A stretch of DNA of 64,000 nucleotides, taken from positions 1 through 64,000 of IMG/VR virus record IMGVR_UViG_3300026118_000002; one strand, written 5' to 3'. The position numbers were made by a program, and so were the translations under genes. Shown one piece after another: positions 43,879 to 53,058 of this stretch. Below the pieces are notes generated by a model, which worked only from the letters and a program-made list of their open reading frames with translations, ran no database searches and was not told the DNA's origin. How positions within the stretch are numbered: the stretch's first letter is position 1; each line of letters begins with the position of its first letter. Origin of the DNA: a virus.

Positions 43879-44178
43879 CTACCCCATCCACCGCGCATAA
43901 ACCGCGCTTTCCTCAACCCACGCTTCATAGCTCCCCTCGCGCAAGCCCAGCTCTTCGGCGGGCTGCTCGCCGATGCTCAAGCGCGGCATCGCCTTGCGCG
44001 GGTAGTTGACCTTGCGCGGCTTGCCACCTGCGCGGGGATCGCCTGGCTGATACAGCACGATCTCCGTGTCGCCGATGCGCTCGGCAATCAGCATCGGCGG
44101 GAAGCCGAGCGGCTTCAGCAACTCCTCGCTGATCGAGAGATGGCGCGTTCCCTCATTCCACCGCAGCCGAAGGCTCAT
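43879..44178 (-). CDS. Paralog of the N-terminal domain of 42600..43310
   Basis: PRLSIGE..LGLREGSYE versus PRISVGE..LGLMAGIYE. Confidence 0.7.
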   Translation of the reverse strand: MSLRLRWNEGTRHLSISEELLKPLGFPPMLIAERIGDTEIVLYQPGDPRAGGKPRKVNYPRKAMPRLSIGEQPAEELGLREGSYEAWVEESAVYARWMG

Positions 44179-44636
44179 GATACGCCCCCTAAGCGCCGCG
44201 CCCGCTCCTCTAGAATGAGCCGCGCCACGAACTGCGCGGCGGCAGCGTCCTGCTCAATGCCGAGGCGCACGGCGTCCTCAGCAGCCATCACGGAGAGGGC
44301 GGTGCGGGCGTCGGGGCCGATGGTGCCCGCCCAGATTGCCGCCTCTATTATGTCGTGCGTGCAATCGGCGGCAGCATGGAACAAGTCACGCGGCGCATGC
44401 AGGATGAGTTCACTTAGGATTGCGTCTCGCTCATCCTCAGCGGCCCATCCCAGTTCGTCGCTGAGGCGTTTTGCAGCATCCTTGCTTATCCGCCGACGCA
44501 CGCGAGTGGGCTTCCCGCGTGCGGCTGTGCGATTGCCACTGCCTGGCTTACTGGGCATTGTTGACCCATGTTGCAGCGCACCACGTATCAAGAGATTCGC
44601 GCCCACCCGCATAGTCAGAGACATCAGGCAGCCCAT
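44175..44636 (-). CDS. Hypothetical, possibly ribbon-helix-helix protein (start probably at MPSKPG)
   Basis: RVRRRISKDAAKRL...ILSELIL. Confidence 0.5.
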   Translation of the reverse strand: MGCLMSLTMRVGANLLIRGALQHGSTMPSKPGSGNRTAARGKPTRVRRRISKDAAKRLSDELGWAAEDERDAILSELILHAPRDLFHAAADCTHDIIEAAIWAGTIGPDARTALSVMAAEDAVRLGIEQDAAAAQFVARLILEERARRLGGVS

Positions 44637-44819
44637 TGAGCGGGAGCCCCTGCCGACTTGCTTCTGCGACCATCTCCTCGACCGCTTGGCGTTGGCTCAC
44701 GCCGCGCCCGATAATCGTCAACGTGCCTGGCATTTCCGACACAACCTCGACTGCCCCGCCGCGTGTGATGTCGTGGATATATGCTCGCTCAGAGCGCCAC
44801 GCCACATGATCAAGCTGCA
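44548..44819 (-). CDS. Hypothetical protein
   Basis: SD AGGGAG before MQLDH. Confidence 0.5.
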
Positions 44820-45029
44820 TTACTTTACTCCCTTCAGAAACGCATCTGCCGTCTCTGCAACTGGCCCGGTCGGCCATGCCGCTTTCGCCTCCCTACACAT
44901 CTCAGCAACGTCTTGGCGATCATCATCCATTACCACACGAAGTCGCGCCAATCCGTTGATTGCCCGATCTAGCGCCCACTGCGTTCGCTGCTCGTCTGCG
45001 ATTGTGTCTGCCGTGAAGTGCTTGCTCAT
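44820..45029 (-). CDS. Hypothetical protein
   Basis: First gene after a consensus promoter. Confidence 0.6.
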   Translation of the reverse strand: MSKHFTADTIADEQRTQWALDRAINGLARLRVVMDDDRQDVAEMCREAKAAWPTGPVAETADAFLKGVK

Positions 45030-45067
45030 TGCCGTGCTCTCTTTCGTGTCCTTGTTTGCTTCCTGTG

Positions 45068-45102
45068 ATTATCATTATACACGAATGATAATGTATTGTC
45101 AA
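45068..45102 (-). promoter_or_regulatory. Consensus promoter with inverted-repeat operator
   Basis: TTGACA-17-TATAAT; ATTATCATT/AATGATAAT. Confidence 0.85.
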
Positions 45103-45221
45103 TAGGCGATAATGATAGTCAAGCCCCACTTTCGCCACACACAGCGCAGCCCCCGGCAGTGCCGGGGGCGGCTATGACGACGGCGCATACGACGCTGATC
45201 AGCGGCGCGTAGGGATGCGGG

Positions 45222-45914
45222 TTAGCGCAGCACCGGATGGCTGTCTTTGTCGAGATCGCGGAAGCGAGGATCGACAGGTGGGCTGAAAGCGATTACACGC
45301 TCGCCGGTTGCATCACGCACACGCAGGGTGCGGTCGGGCTCAGGCAAGCCCAAACGTTTGCGAGTCTCCGCGACTTCCTGGCTGACGGCGGCGTTGTCAC
45401 CTCGCAGGATTCCCTCGCGCCGTAGGTCGGTAATCGTCCATCCATGTGTCAAGAGTTCGTCAAGAACCGCCTGCCGTGTTCTGTCAAGTGCGGAGCGCGG
45501 CGGCTTTGGCGGATCGGCAGACAGATTGACCAGGACCGCGCTCCGCACAGTCGCTCTCAGTGTCCATGGGTGCAACCGCTTCCAATAAGGCGGCGCACAT
45601 GGGAGTTCGCCACAGTCTCTTAGTTCAACTGCCCTACGAATCAGAGTATCCATATAGGCATTGCTCCATACCCAAAACCATTCACCACGGATGCGTCGAT
45701 GCTGTAATTGCTCATGAATCCATTGCTCGACATCATAGGCCCGTACACATTCGATGCATGTTATGTATCGAATCTCAAGAGGGCAATCCGTCTGGGACTG
45801 CTTTAGTCGGCGAGCGGGATTGGTGGTTATGCCTACTTTAACGAATCCGCCGCGTCCTGCACGGGCAACATAGAGATGGGTAATCTGATCTTTTGTTTGT
45901 GGTATACTTTGCAT
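45222..45914 (-). CDS. GIY-YIG (T5orf172/MUG113-like) domain protein with unrelated C-terminal region
   Basis: LYVA...VKVGITTNPARRL...EQWIH...GEWF; SD GGAGG. Confidence 0.8.
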   Translation of the reverse strand: MQSIPQTKDQITHLYVARAGRGGFVKVGITTNPARRLKQSQTDCPLEIRYITCIECVRAYDVEQWIHEQLQHRRIRGEWFWVWSNAYMDTLIRRAVELRDCGELPCAPPYWKRLHPWTLRATVRSAVLVNLSADPPKPPRSALDRTRQAVLDELLTHGWTITDLRREGILRGDNAAVSQEVAETRKRLGLPEPDRTLRVRDATGERVIAFSPPVDPRFRDLDKDSHPVLR

Positions 45915-45940
45915 TGTTGCCCTACCTCCATAGGGTGACA

Positions 45941-45984
45941 ATAATAAGAGGTGTGGGGAAGATATTCCCCACACCTCTTATTAT
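45941..45984. repeat. Perfect 20-bp inverted repeat overlapping an extended -10 box
   Basis: ATAATAAGAGGTGTGGGGAA-GATA-TTCCCCACACCTCTTATTAT. Confidence 0.9.
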
Positions 45985-46036
45985 AGCACAAATGCACTGA
46001 ATGATCAATGTTTTATGGCGTTGTTATGCCATAAAA

Positions 46037-46570
46037 CTACTCTAGCGGCTGATAGGACAGATCGGGGTCATTGTGAAATATCGCCCGTGTCGGGCGCTGT
46101 GCAATCGGAGTTAGAGTCTCGGATGACTCTGCCAGCGCTTCGTCTTTTGCGCGTAGTTTTCGCATCAATACAGTGAAGTCGTTATAGTTGCCACCAACCA
46201 AGCTGTAAATCTTTTTGCCGCTGTACGCGGGCTTCCCCGTTGATATCATCTGTCCTGCAAGGATCGTGACTATCTCCTCATATGTTAAGTCTGAAGGAAC
46301 GGATGCGAGATCGAAGCCCGCTGTATCAGTACCAGATACCGATACAGATACCGGTACCTCTTTTTTGATACCAGACCTCTGTGGCTGGGTCGCTACCTGC
46401 TGATCGAATGCCGGAGAACTACACACACACATCGGTTCGCCCTGATAAGGCCTTACAACCTCAGCATCATGAATAATGCCATAGTCCTCTAAAATAGGCC
46501 GCGCGATATAGAACCACAGCCAACCGGCAATGATGATCGCGACGAAGATACCGAACAAAGCAGCGACCAT
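46037..46570 (-). CDS. Single-TM membrane protein with helical C-terminal domain
   Basis: SD GAGGGG; N-terminal TM. Confidence 0.7.
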   Translation of the reverse strand: MVAALFGIFVAIIIAGWLWFYIARPILEDYGIIHDAEVVRPYQGEPMCVCSSPAFDQQVATQPQRSGIKKEVPVSVSVSGTDTAGFDLASVPSDLTYEEIVTILAGQMISTGKPAYSGKKIYSLVGGNYNDFTVLMRKLRAKDEALAESSETLTPIAQRPTRAIFHNDPDLSYQPLE

Positions 46571-46580
46571 AGCGACCCCC

Positions 46581-47105
46581 TCAGTCGTGCCGCACCGCGA
46601 TGAACTCTGGCAGGACATCTCCCGCGACGATTAGCAGTGCGGCAAGGTACCAGGCGACAAGCGCATTCAGTGGTGTCCAATATGCCTGGACATTATAGTA
46701 CACTGAAATGCCGAGCGCCACAAGATACAACGCCCACCAGCGCTTGTCACGGCGCGAGAATTGACGCGCACCATACTGTACCAGAGTTAGGACAACCTGA
46801 ACACCGACTGCCAGCACTAGCATTATCGGCGCGGCGGCTACGTCCTGAATAAGGCGGAACGGCGCGGCAAGCGGTGCGGGCTTGCCGATCTGTCCGTAGA
46901 ATGTGCCGAATACAGACAGGATGACGAGCGCAACAACCGCAGTATAGAGCAGTGCGATAAAGGCGCGCTCGATTGCTGCTGGCCGCAAGAAACCTAGACG
47001 TGATTTCCCGTGCTGCTTAGACTCTATCGCCTCACTCCGCACCGGCGATGCATGGCGCGGCTTCTCCGCTGCCTGTCGGCGCTGCTCTGCTGCCTGATCG
47101 ACCAT
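46581..47105 (-). CDS. Four-TM membrane protein
   Basis: SD AGGAGG; four hydrophobic segments. Confidence 0.75.
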   Translation of the reverse strand: MVDQAAEQRRQAAEKPRHASPVRSEAIESKQHGKSRLGFLRPAAIERAFIALLYTAVVALVILSVFGTFYGQIGKPAPLAAPFRLIQDVAAAPIMLVLAVGVQVVLTLVQYGARQFSRRDKRWWALYLVALGISVYYNVQAYWTPLNALVAWYLAALLIVAGDVLPEFIAVRHD

Positions 47106-47117
47106 ATACTTGCCTCC

Positions 47118-47327
47118 TTAAAAGCTCACATCGCGCCAAGAGTAATACCGAATGTCGCCGCCATAAAGTTGCACGCCTATCTGTTCACGTCCGTCGGGAT
47201 TCAGATCAACGATCGCGCCGTAACCGTCTGGCGTCAGAACATCCTCATCACCGACGGTGTAGTCGGTCCTGCCAATAGATATACGGGCGGGCTTACCTGT
47301 TTCTTGGCTCGGCCTGTAGGTCAGCAT
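47118..47327 (-). CDS. Small SH3/KOW-like protein
   Basis: SD AAGGAG; VGDEDVLTPDGYGAIV. Confidence 0.55.
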   Translation of the reverse strand: MLTYRPSQETGKPARISIGRTDYTVGDEDVLTPDGYGAIVDLNPDGREQIGVQLYGGDIRYYSWRDVSF

Positions 47328-47351
47328 CGTTCTATTTCTCCTTCGTACTGC

Positions 47352-48167
47352 TCACCTTGCTATCAACTCAGGCAGTCGCCGCCGAATGGTGCTCACACTC
47401 GCGCCGCTTAGTGTCGCCAACTGCTCATAGGTCAGTCGGTAGCGTGCCACTTCGATTATCTCAACTTCCATCGGTGCCGGGCGATTGCTCATCTCACGCC
47501 GCAACCGCTCAACCTCCTGTCCGGCAAGTGCGCAGGCATGTTCAGCCGCCCCCCGCGTCTGCTCAATAAGTGTTCGCGCCTGTTCAAGCTGCTGCTCATA
47601 GCTGCTCAACTGCCGTTCAGTCAGTGCCAGCTTCTGCTCAAGCTCTGCTCGCGCCTGTTCACTCGCGCGCACCCGAATATCCACATACTGCCAGAAGATC
47701 ATCAGCCAAAACGCGAGCACCTTCATCGGCGCGTCATAGCCGCCGCGCAGCATGCGCCAACGCGCCGTGAATGCCGTCAAGAACACGAACAGCAGCGCAG
47801 GGAACACCCCCGCCGCAATTGTCGCCAGTAGCCAGCCGTAGCCGCCCGCGCGTAGTGCGGCATACGTGCCCGGCAGCGATGCCTGCACAAACAGATCAGC
47901 GCCGTGCGCGTAGTTCGTGCCGCTCGTTGCAACCAAGAGGACGATCGTCAACAGCGTCAGCCGACGACGCCATTGCGGGATGGCGATCGTCGCCAGTTCC
48001 GCGCCGACCGCGCCGATCTCGAACACGACCACCGCCGGCTTGCCCCACGTCTCGCCGTGGAATAACTCCATGGCTATCAGTGTCGCCGGGATAGACACTG
48101 ATAGGCACAGAAAGGCAACGATGCCAAAGAACCAGAGCGCCATATCTTTACGCGGTTGTGTGGTCAT
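47352..48167 (-). CDS. Multi-TM, coiled-coil, C-terminal HTH protein (DUF2637-like architecture)
   Basis: 4-5 TM segments, heptads, LTYEQLATLSGASVSTIRRRL. Confidence 0.7.
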   Translation of the reverse strand: MTTQPRKDMALWFFGIVAFLCLSVSIPATLIAMELFHGETWGKPAVVVFEIGAVGAELATIAIPQWRRRLTLLTIVLLVATSGTNYAHGADLFVQASLPGTYAALRAGGYGWLLATIAAGVFPALLFVFLTAFTARWRMLRGGYDAPMKVLAFWLMIFWQYVDIRVRASEQARAELEQKLALTERQLSSYEQQLEQARTLIEQTRGAAEHACALAGQEVERLRREMSNRPAPMEVEIIEVARYRLTYEQLATLSGASVSTIRRRLPELIAR

Positions 48168-48279
48168 TCACTCTCTCCATTCGCCTGTCGTACCGCCTTC
48201 TCGAACATCGCCCGCATCTCGGCAGCATTCGCCTCCAGATCGCCGCCGGGCATGCGCTGGATTGACGGGTCGCTCGTGA

Positions 48280-48636
48280 TCATCCGCTTGCCTCCTGTCC
48301 CTTCTCGCCTTCTTCAGCCTTCGTCCGCAGGCCCGCCGTCGCCCGCCGCACATCGTCGTTTGTCGGCGTGGCAGCAACGGAGTCATCGTCTACTTCACCA
48401 CAGGCAGCCAGCGCATCAGCCACAATCCGCCGCGCGCCGATGATCGACTTCATCTGTCCTGTCTGCCGAAGCGCTGCACATAGCCATGTGATCTCCGTAT
48501 CATGGCGCGCAAGCTCAGCGATCAGATAGTCAATATCAGCAGGCGCATTGCGGGCGAACACACCCGCAGCATGATAACTGCCTCGTTCAACGCGCGCCGC
48601 ATCTAGCCGCGCCTTGATTTCATCGATTCTGTTCAT
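48280..48636 (-). CDS. Ead/Ea22-like hypothetical protein
   Basis: IDEIKARL...FARNAPADIDYLIAEL. Confidence 0.6.
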   Translation of the reverse strand: MNRIDEIKARLDAARVERGSYHAAGVFARNAPADIDYLIAELARHDTEITWLCAALRQTGQMKSIIGARRIVADALAACGEVDDDSVAATPTNDDVRRATAGLRTKAEEGEKGQEASG

Positions 48637-49057
48637 TGTGCTCCTCGCATGCTTTATACGCCGCGCGCCCGATGGCGAGCGCCAGCGTTTCGGCGGATGT
48701 CCACTCGCACGGTGACTCGTCTTGGGGAGCACCGCGTGACCGAAAGATACAGCGATAGAGATCGGTAGGAAGTAAAAGCGGCGTTTGTAGTTGACACCGG
48801 TACCCGAGCGCTTCCATGCGATCGATGATCAAGAGCGCTGTCACGCGATCTCCACTCAAAGGACGTGGCGCATCCGCCCGACGCGTCGGTACAGGACGCA
48901 GCGAACAATCACCGGGCAGGCACCCGATGCTCTGCTCTGCCGACAGCGGCCAGCCGCAGACCCGACAGAGCGACTCATCCCACACGATGCCCATCACGAC
49001 CCGCTCGATCAGCGCGTCGAACTCAGGACCAGCAGGCATCTCGTCTATGTTGATCAT
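48620..49057 (-). CDS. Phage ABA-sandwich-like protein
   Basis: AGPEFDALIERVVMG...ETLALAIGRAA. Confidence 0.65.
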   Translation of the reverse strand: MINIDEMPAGPEFDALIERVVMGIVWDESLCRVCGWPLSAEQSIGCLPGDCSLRPVPTRRADAPRPLSGDRVTALLIIDRMEALGYRCQLQTPLLLPTDLYRCIFRSRGAPQDESPCEWTSAETLALAIGRAAYKACEEHNEQNR

Positions 49058-49290
49058 TGGCTTTTCTCTTTTGCTATACGCCGATACACCGCCATGCACC
49101 GACGGCAGTCATTGAAGTCGGCAGGCGCATAATCGTGCGTCTCGAAATCCCACCATACACGCATATACGAAACCCCACAAAGCGTATGCCCCGGCTTGCC
49201 GTAATCATAGCCCTGCATGTGGATGACCGTGCGATTATCAGGGTTGCCCCATAACGGGCGCTGAGACCAACACACTGGCGTACACATCAT
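49054..49290 (-). CDS. Small Cys/His protein
   Basis: H..TLCG..CRRC. Confidence 0.55.
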   Translation of the reverse strand: MMCTPVCWSQRPLWGNPDNRTVIHMQGYDYGKPGHTLCGVSYMRVWWDFETHDYAPADFNDCRRCMAVYRRIAKEKSQ

Positions 49291-49468
49291 CGTCCCTCGC
49301 TCACGCGCGGCCAGCCCGCACCGAACCCGTAATGGTTCTCAGCCCACGGCGACGCCCACACCGCACGCCGCGCCGCCTCTGGATCGTTCGCTAGCAGCGC
49401 GGCGACGATCTCACGATAGGCGGGATACGACAGCGTCTGAAGTGTCGCCGCCATGCCATCCACGTTGA

Positions 49469-49960
49469 TTATTCAACAGTAATATCTTTCCACTTCTTGT
49501 TGCTTACAATAAGAAAGATATTAGCCTGCGTGACACCAAACATTCGCGCTAGTTCAGTTTGTCGATAACATCCCGTCGCATACAATCTTCGGATATCACG
49601 AACCCTTGACCAGTCAAGGACGGCTGCGGGGTTTAGCTCGCCGGACAACCCAACCGCACGCCCTTTTGCTTTTTTGTCTCGGTTATTGTCGCTATATGTA
49701 CCTTTGAACAAATGTGCGGGATTACAGCATGAGCGGTTGTCACATCGGTGCAGGACACATAAATCAGCAAGATCATTATGTGTCAAGATATAGGCAATAC
49801 GGTGGGCGTACTGAACCCTACCGTCCCACCGGACATGTCCATATCCAGACTTACCATGTGCCCCCATCCAGTTCCAGCATGCATCACTACCCTTACCACA
49901 ATCAACCCTTAACCAAAAGTTATCCTGTATACATGCACGTTTTTTCACTTCTTCCTCCAT
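49469..49960 (-). CDS. HNH endonuclease with C-terminal HTH
   Basis: CWNWMG..GYG..AHRIAY..VLHRCDNRSCCNPAHL..GTYSDN. Confidence 0.92.
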   Translation of the reverse strand: MEEEVKKRACIQDNFWLRVDCGKGSDACWNWMGAHGKSGYGHVRWDGRVQYAHRIAYILTHNDLADLCVLHRCDNRSCCNPAHLFKGTYSDNNRDKKAKGRAVGLSGELNPAAVLDWSRVRDIRRLYATGCYRQTELARMFGVTQANIFLIVSNKKWKDITVE

Positions 49961-50538
49961 TCCTGTCCAAACAAGACACCGCCACCATATCTATTACTTG
50001 ACCAGGGGCTTGCGATAAGTGCCCGATAAGCGAGGTCGGGGTTGTTCGTCTGTAGTCCGGTAACAATATCGTCGTAAAGGCCGTTGGTGAGTGTCGCTAC
50101 CGTGGCCGCCATACCGCTTTCATAATCAGGATAGGCCTTTACGCCGTCACTATCAATAGTCGCATATGCCCCATAGCCGGGCATGGTTGAGTTTAGCCAG
50201 TTATTGCGTTCCCATGCGCTGCTATATCCGCAGTTATGCATACATCCATCTTCAGCAAGCGACCATTCCACAAGCATCGCCACTGTCGTCGGGCTGGGCT
50301 GCGTATTGCCGAGATGCCGCAAGAGATCGACCGCCCACGCATCCCGCGATACGCTTCCATCGCCCGCCGCCGTCTCGGCATCGCTCTGCGCGACCGAAGA
50401 CACCGCACGGGGCACTGAGGTGGCTTGGCGTGGCGATATGCGCACGAGGTAGTTGCCGAGCGGCGTAGCGACCTGATAGGCGCTGGCGCAGCTTGTCAGC
50501 AGGAGTGCGAGTGTGAGTGTGGTGAGGGTGCGAGTCAC
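49945..50538 (-). CDS. Lipoprotein with lysozyme-like domain
   Basis: Lipobox LTSC; W..AE, NNWLNST, GVKAY..GMAATVATL, SPW. Confidence 0.65.
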   Translation of the reverse strand: MTRTLTTLTLALLLTSCASAYQVATPLGNYLVRISPRQATSVPRAVSSVAQSDAETAAGDGSVSRDAWAVDLLRHLGNTQPSPTTVAMLVEWSLAEDGCMHNCGYSSAWERNNWLNSTMPGYGAYATIDSDGVKAYPDYESGMAATVATLTNGLYDDIVTGLQTNNPDLAYRALIASPWSSNRYGGGVLFGQEWRKK

Positions 50539-51242
50539 GAGTCGCCTTTCCAGGTATTCCACACAGGCGGCTCCCTGCTAATTTCGGGAAGATAGATGCC
50601 ATCGATCTTGTCAGGACGAACGTACTTCACAAGGAAGTCAACGACACCGCGCCGCTCAACGCGCCAAACTACACCCTCGACAACATCAAGCGCCCCGTGA
50701 CCAGAACAGACAACCGCGTCTAATGCCTGCTCTAACCCGAAAGCACCCCCTTGATGGAGGAGTCGTGGCGTCACAACTTCAGCCCGCCCCGCAACTGACA
50801 GTAGCATCTCGTAAGGAAGTCGTTGTGCGTCAACCATCAGATCAAGAGCAACGAAGGGCTCGTGCGGTAGCGCGTATCGTGTGCTATGCGCCTGTATTAG
50901 CCACTCCCCCACCAAGCGCTCACCATCGTTCAGTACCGAGAGGAAGCGCCGTTCGTTCGCCTCTACCCACCGTGCAAAGCGATGGTGCTGCTCATGTGGC
51001 GATGTATCGGCAAGATAACCAGCGCGGGTGAGCGCGAATAATTTCCCGCCGAGCCGCGCAACGCCGACGTTTGAGCCGTCAAGCTTTTCAGTAGCAATGA
51101 CAACATCGTGTCGATCTCGCGTGCGCTCACACGCGATTCGCGCTTGCCCTTCATGGCAGTGATGATCGCCCGGCCCCATCCGACTGCCTGGCAAGTGCGC
51201 AATCGACCCGTAGTTCTTTCTGTTCAGTGGCTTGTTCGCCAT
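50535..51242 (-). CDS. RNA ligase family nucleotidyltransferase
   Basis: Motif I TEKLDGSN, VGEW, FVALD, EGVV, VKYV. Confidence 0.82.
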   Translation of the reverse strand: MANKPLNRKNYGSIAHLPGSRMGPGDHHCHEGQARIACERTRDRHDVVIATEKLDGSNVGVARLGGKLFALTRAGYLADTSPHEQHHRFARWVEANERRFLSVLNDGERLVGEWLIQAHSTRYALPHEPFVALDLMVDAQRLPYEMLLSVAGRAEVVTPRLLHQGGAFGLEQALDAVVCSGHGALDVVEGVVWRVERRGVVDFLVKYVRPDKIDGIYLPEISREPPVWNTWKGDS

Positions 51243-51270
51243 CACACATCCCTTCGGAAATCTTCGGATT

Positions 51271-51978
51271 CTACGTGAGCCGCCGGAAGGCGATGACCCA
51301 CACAAACCGATTCGACTCAAATGAATAGCCGGGCTTGCCGTGCATCGAATCCCACGCTAATTGGAAATAGGCGCGTGGATACAGTTCGTCTTGCGGATCG
51401 CGTGGGCAGTACGCGGCTGCCCACGCCCCGATGCCTTCCGCCTCAGCGTCTTCGTCTGTGATCGATTGAATCCGCTGCACACTCACGCTCATGACTTCGT
51501 GTGTGATGCGCGATGCCCAACGCGGCATGAAGATAGATGCGCAGTGCGATGTCTGCTTGTGGTGCGTCCATACGATCATCGCCGCATCGTCGGCGCGGTC
51601 GCATCCAACCGGTTCATCATCGGCACGAAAGCGCCATTCGCCCGCTTCGTTCTCGTACATAGACTCACGAGTCCAGAGATGGTCTCCTACGACGCCGTAC
51701 GGACACCGGGCATGCCACAAGCCACCCTCGCAGTACCATTCGCCCGATTCCTCGTCAAACAGGATTTTGTCAGTATCCGGCCCGGTGAGTCCGATGATGA
51801 TGCCGCGATCTCGAATGGTCAGTCCTTTTATGATTCGCCGCGTCTGCCACTTGAGAGGCAGTGCTGCATTGATCGACTGCGCAGGCCATGTGCCGATCTT
51901 CGTGTTCAGAATCGCGCGTATCATCTCGCCTCGGAAGAGGATCGGACGCTCGCGTACCTTCGTTGCTGTTGTCATCAT
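51271..51978 (-). CDS. ASCH/PUA-like phage protein
   Basis: ERPILF..EMIRAIL..KWQTRR..CPYG..GDHLWTRE..SIFMPRWASRI..VWVIAF. Confidence 0.75.
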   Translation of the reverse strand: MMTTATKVRERPILFRGEMIRAILNTKIGTWPAQSINAALPLKWQTRRIIKGLTIRDRGIIIGLTGPDTDKILFDEESGEWYCEGGLWHARCPYGVVGDHLWTRESMYENEAGEWRFRADDEPVGCDRADDAAMIVWTHHKQTSHCASIFMPRWASRITHEVMSVSVQRIQSITDEDAEAEGIGAWAAAYCPRDPQDELYPRAYFQLAWDSMHGKPGYSFESNRFVWVIAFRRLT

Positions 51979-52706
51979 TTCCCCACTCCCACGCTCACAC
52001 GCGCGCCATCACTTCCGACATGGGCCTGCACATCTATCCCCGCTACGGGCGTACACCCCGCACCGCCATACGCCAGATCGAGCGCACACGCTGCCGCCCG
52101 CTCATCCGCCTCATGCTTGCGCCAATAGTCGCTATTCGCCAGCGCCCGCGCCATCAGCGCTGTGTCACCGCCCGATGGATCGACCGGGCGAATGACGACC
52201 GTCGGCAGTTCAGCGCCGATAGGCACCGGCGTCGCAGCAGCAGGATTGCCGCCGCTCGCCTGATCGACCGCGTTCGCCAGCGTATCCACGTCTGAGACGC
52301 TCGCCACATCCGCCGTCGGCAGCGGTAGCGCGGTCGGCTCTGCGAGCGGCGCGGCAGTGACGACAATGTACACCGGCGCTGACGTGGGCTGCGCTGACAC
52401 AAGCGGCGCACTCACGGGCTGCTGTGGCGCGCGGGGCGGAGTCGGCGCTGCCGCTGTCGCTAACGGGACGGTCGTCGGTGCGGCATCCACGCGCGTGATA
52501 CTGATGACGCCGCTCGTGCTCAGCGCGGCGAAGATGAACACCACAAGCGCCATAAGCGCGAGCAGGCCGAACACCACGCCGAACAGGCGCGCGGGGCGGC
52601 TTGTGCGGGGCGCTGACTGCGGTGAAACTGCGGTGGGCTGCGGCGGCGCTAAGAGCACCTGGATAAGCGCCGCGCGCTGCTCTGGCGTGAAGTCGGATAT
52701 TGACAT
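51975..52706 (-). CDS. Single-TM Pro/Thr/Ala-rich protein
   Basis: SD AAGGAG; TM then PTA-rich stalk. Confidence 0.7.
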   Translation of the reverse strand: MSISDFTPEQRAALIQVLLAPPQPTAVSPQSAPRTSRPARLFGVVFGLLALMALVVFIFAALSTSGVISITRVDAAPTTVPLATAAAPTPPRAPQQPVSAPLVSAQPTSAPVYIVVTAAPLAEPTALPLPTADVASVSDVDTLANAVDQASGGNPAAATPVPIGAELPTVVIRPVDPSGGDTALMARALANSDYWRKHEADERAAACALDLAYGGAGCTPVAGIDVQAHVGSDGARVSVGVGK

Positions 52707-53011
52707 TACGCATTCTCCTTATCAATCAACTCTGTAAGCGCGGCGATGCACTCCGCCGCAGTTACACTGCCATCTCGTCCATCGACCGCGTGAACGAAAC
52801 GAGCAGTCCAGGTAGGCACGCGACCCACGACAGTGCCACGCGGCCCCCACGCGGTGTCGAAGGAAATGCCGACGCACTCGCCCAGTGAGCGCTGCCAGCA
52901 GGCAACTGGACATCCATGCGGGGCACCGGTGGTGCCGAGCACATCTGTCGGCGCGTGAGAATCTACCCACGCGCGAAAGTCTTCCGCACTCCAATCCAGT
53001 CGAGACGTCAT
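52706..53011 (-). CDS. Hypothetical protein
   Basis: Coupled in the operon. Confidence 0.6.
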   Translation of the reverse strand: MTSRLDWSAEDFRAWVDSHAPTDVLGTTGAPHGCPVACWQRSLGECVGISFDTAWGPRGTVVGRVPTWTARFVHAVDGRDGSVTAAECIAALTELIDKENA

Positions 53012-53058
53012 TACTCACGCGCCCTTCTCGCCCGTAAAAGATTAGGCATCGCCAGGTC

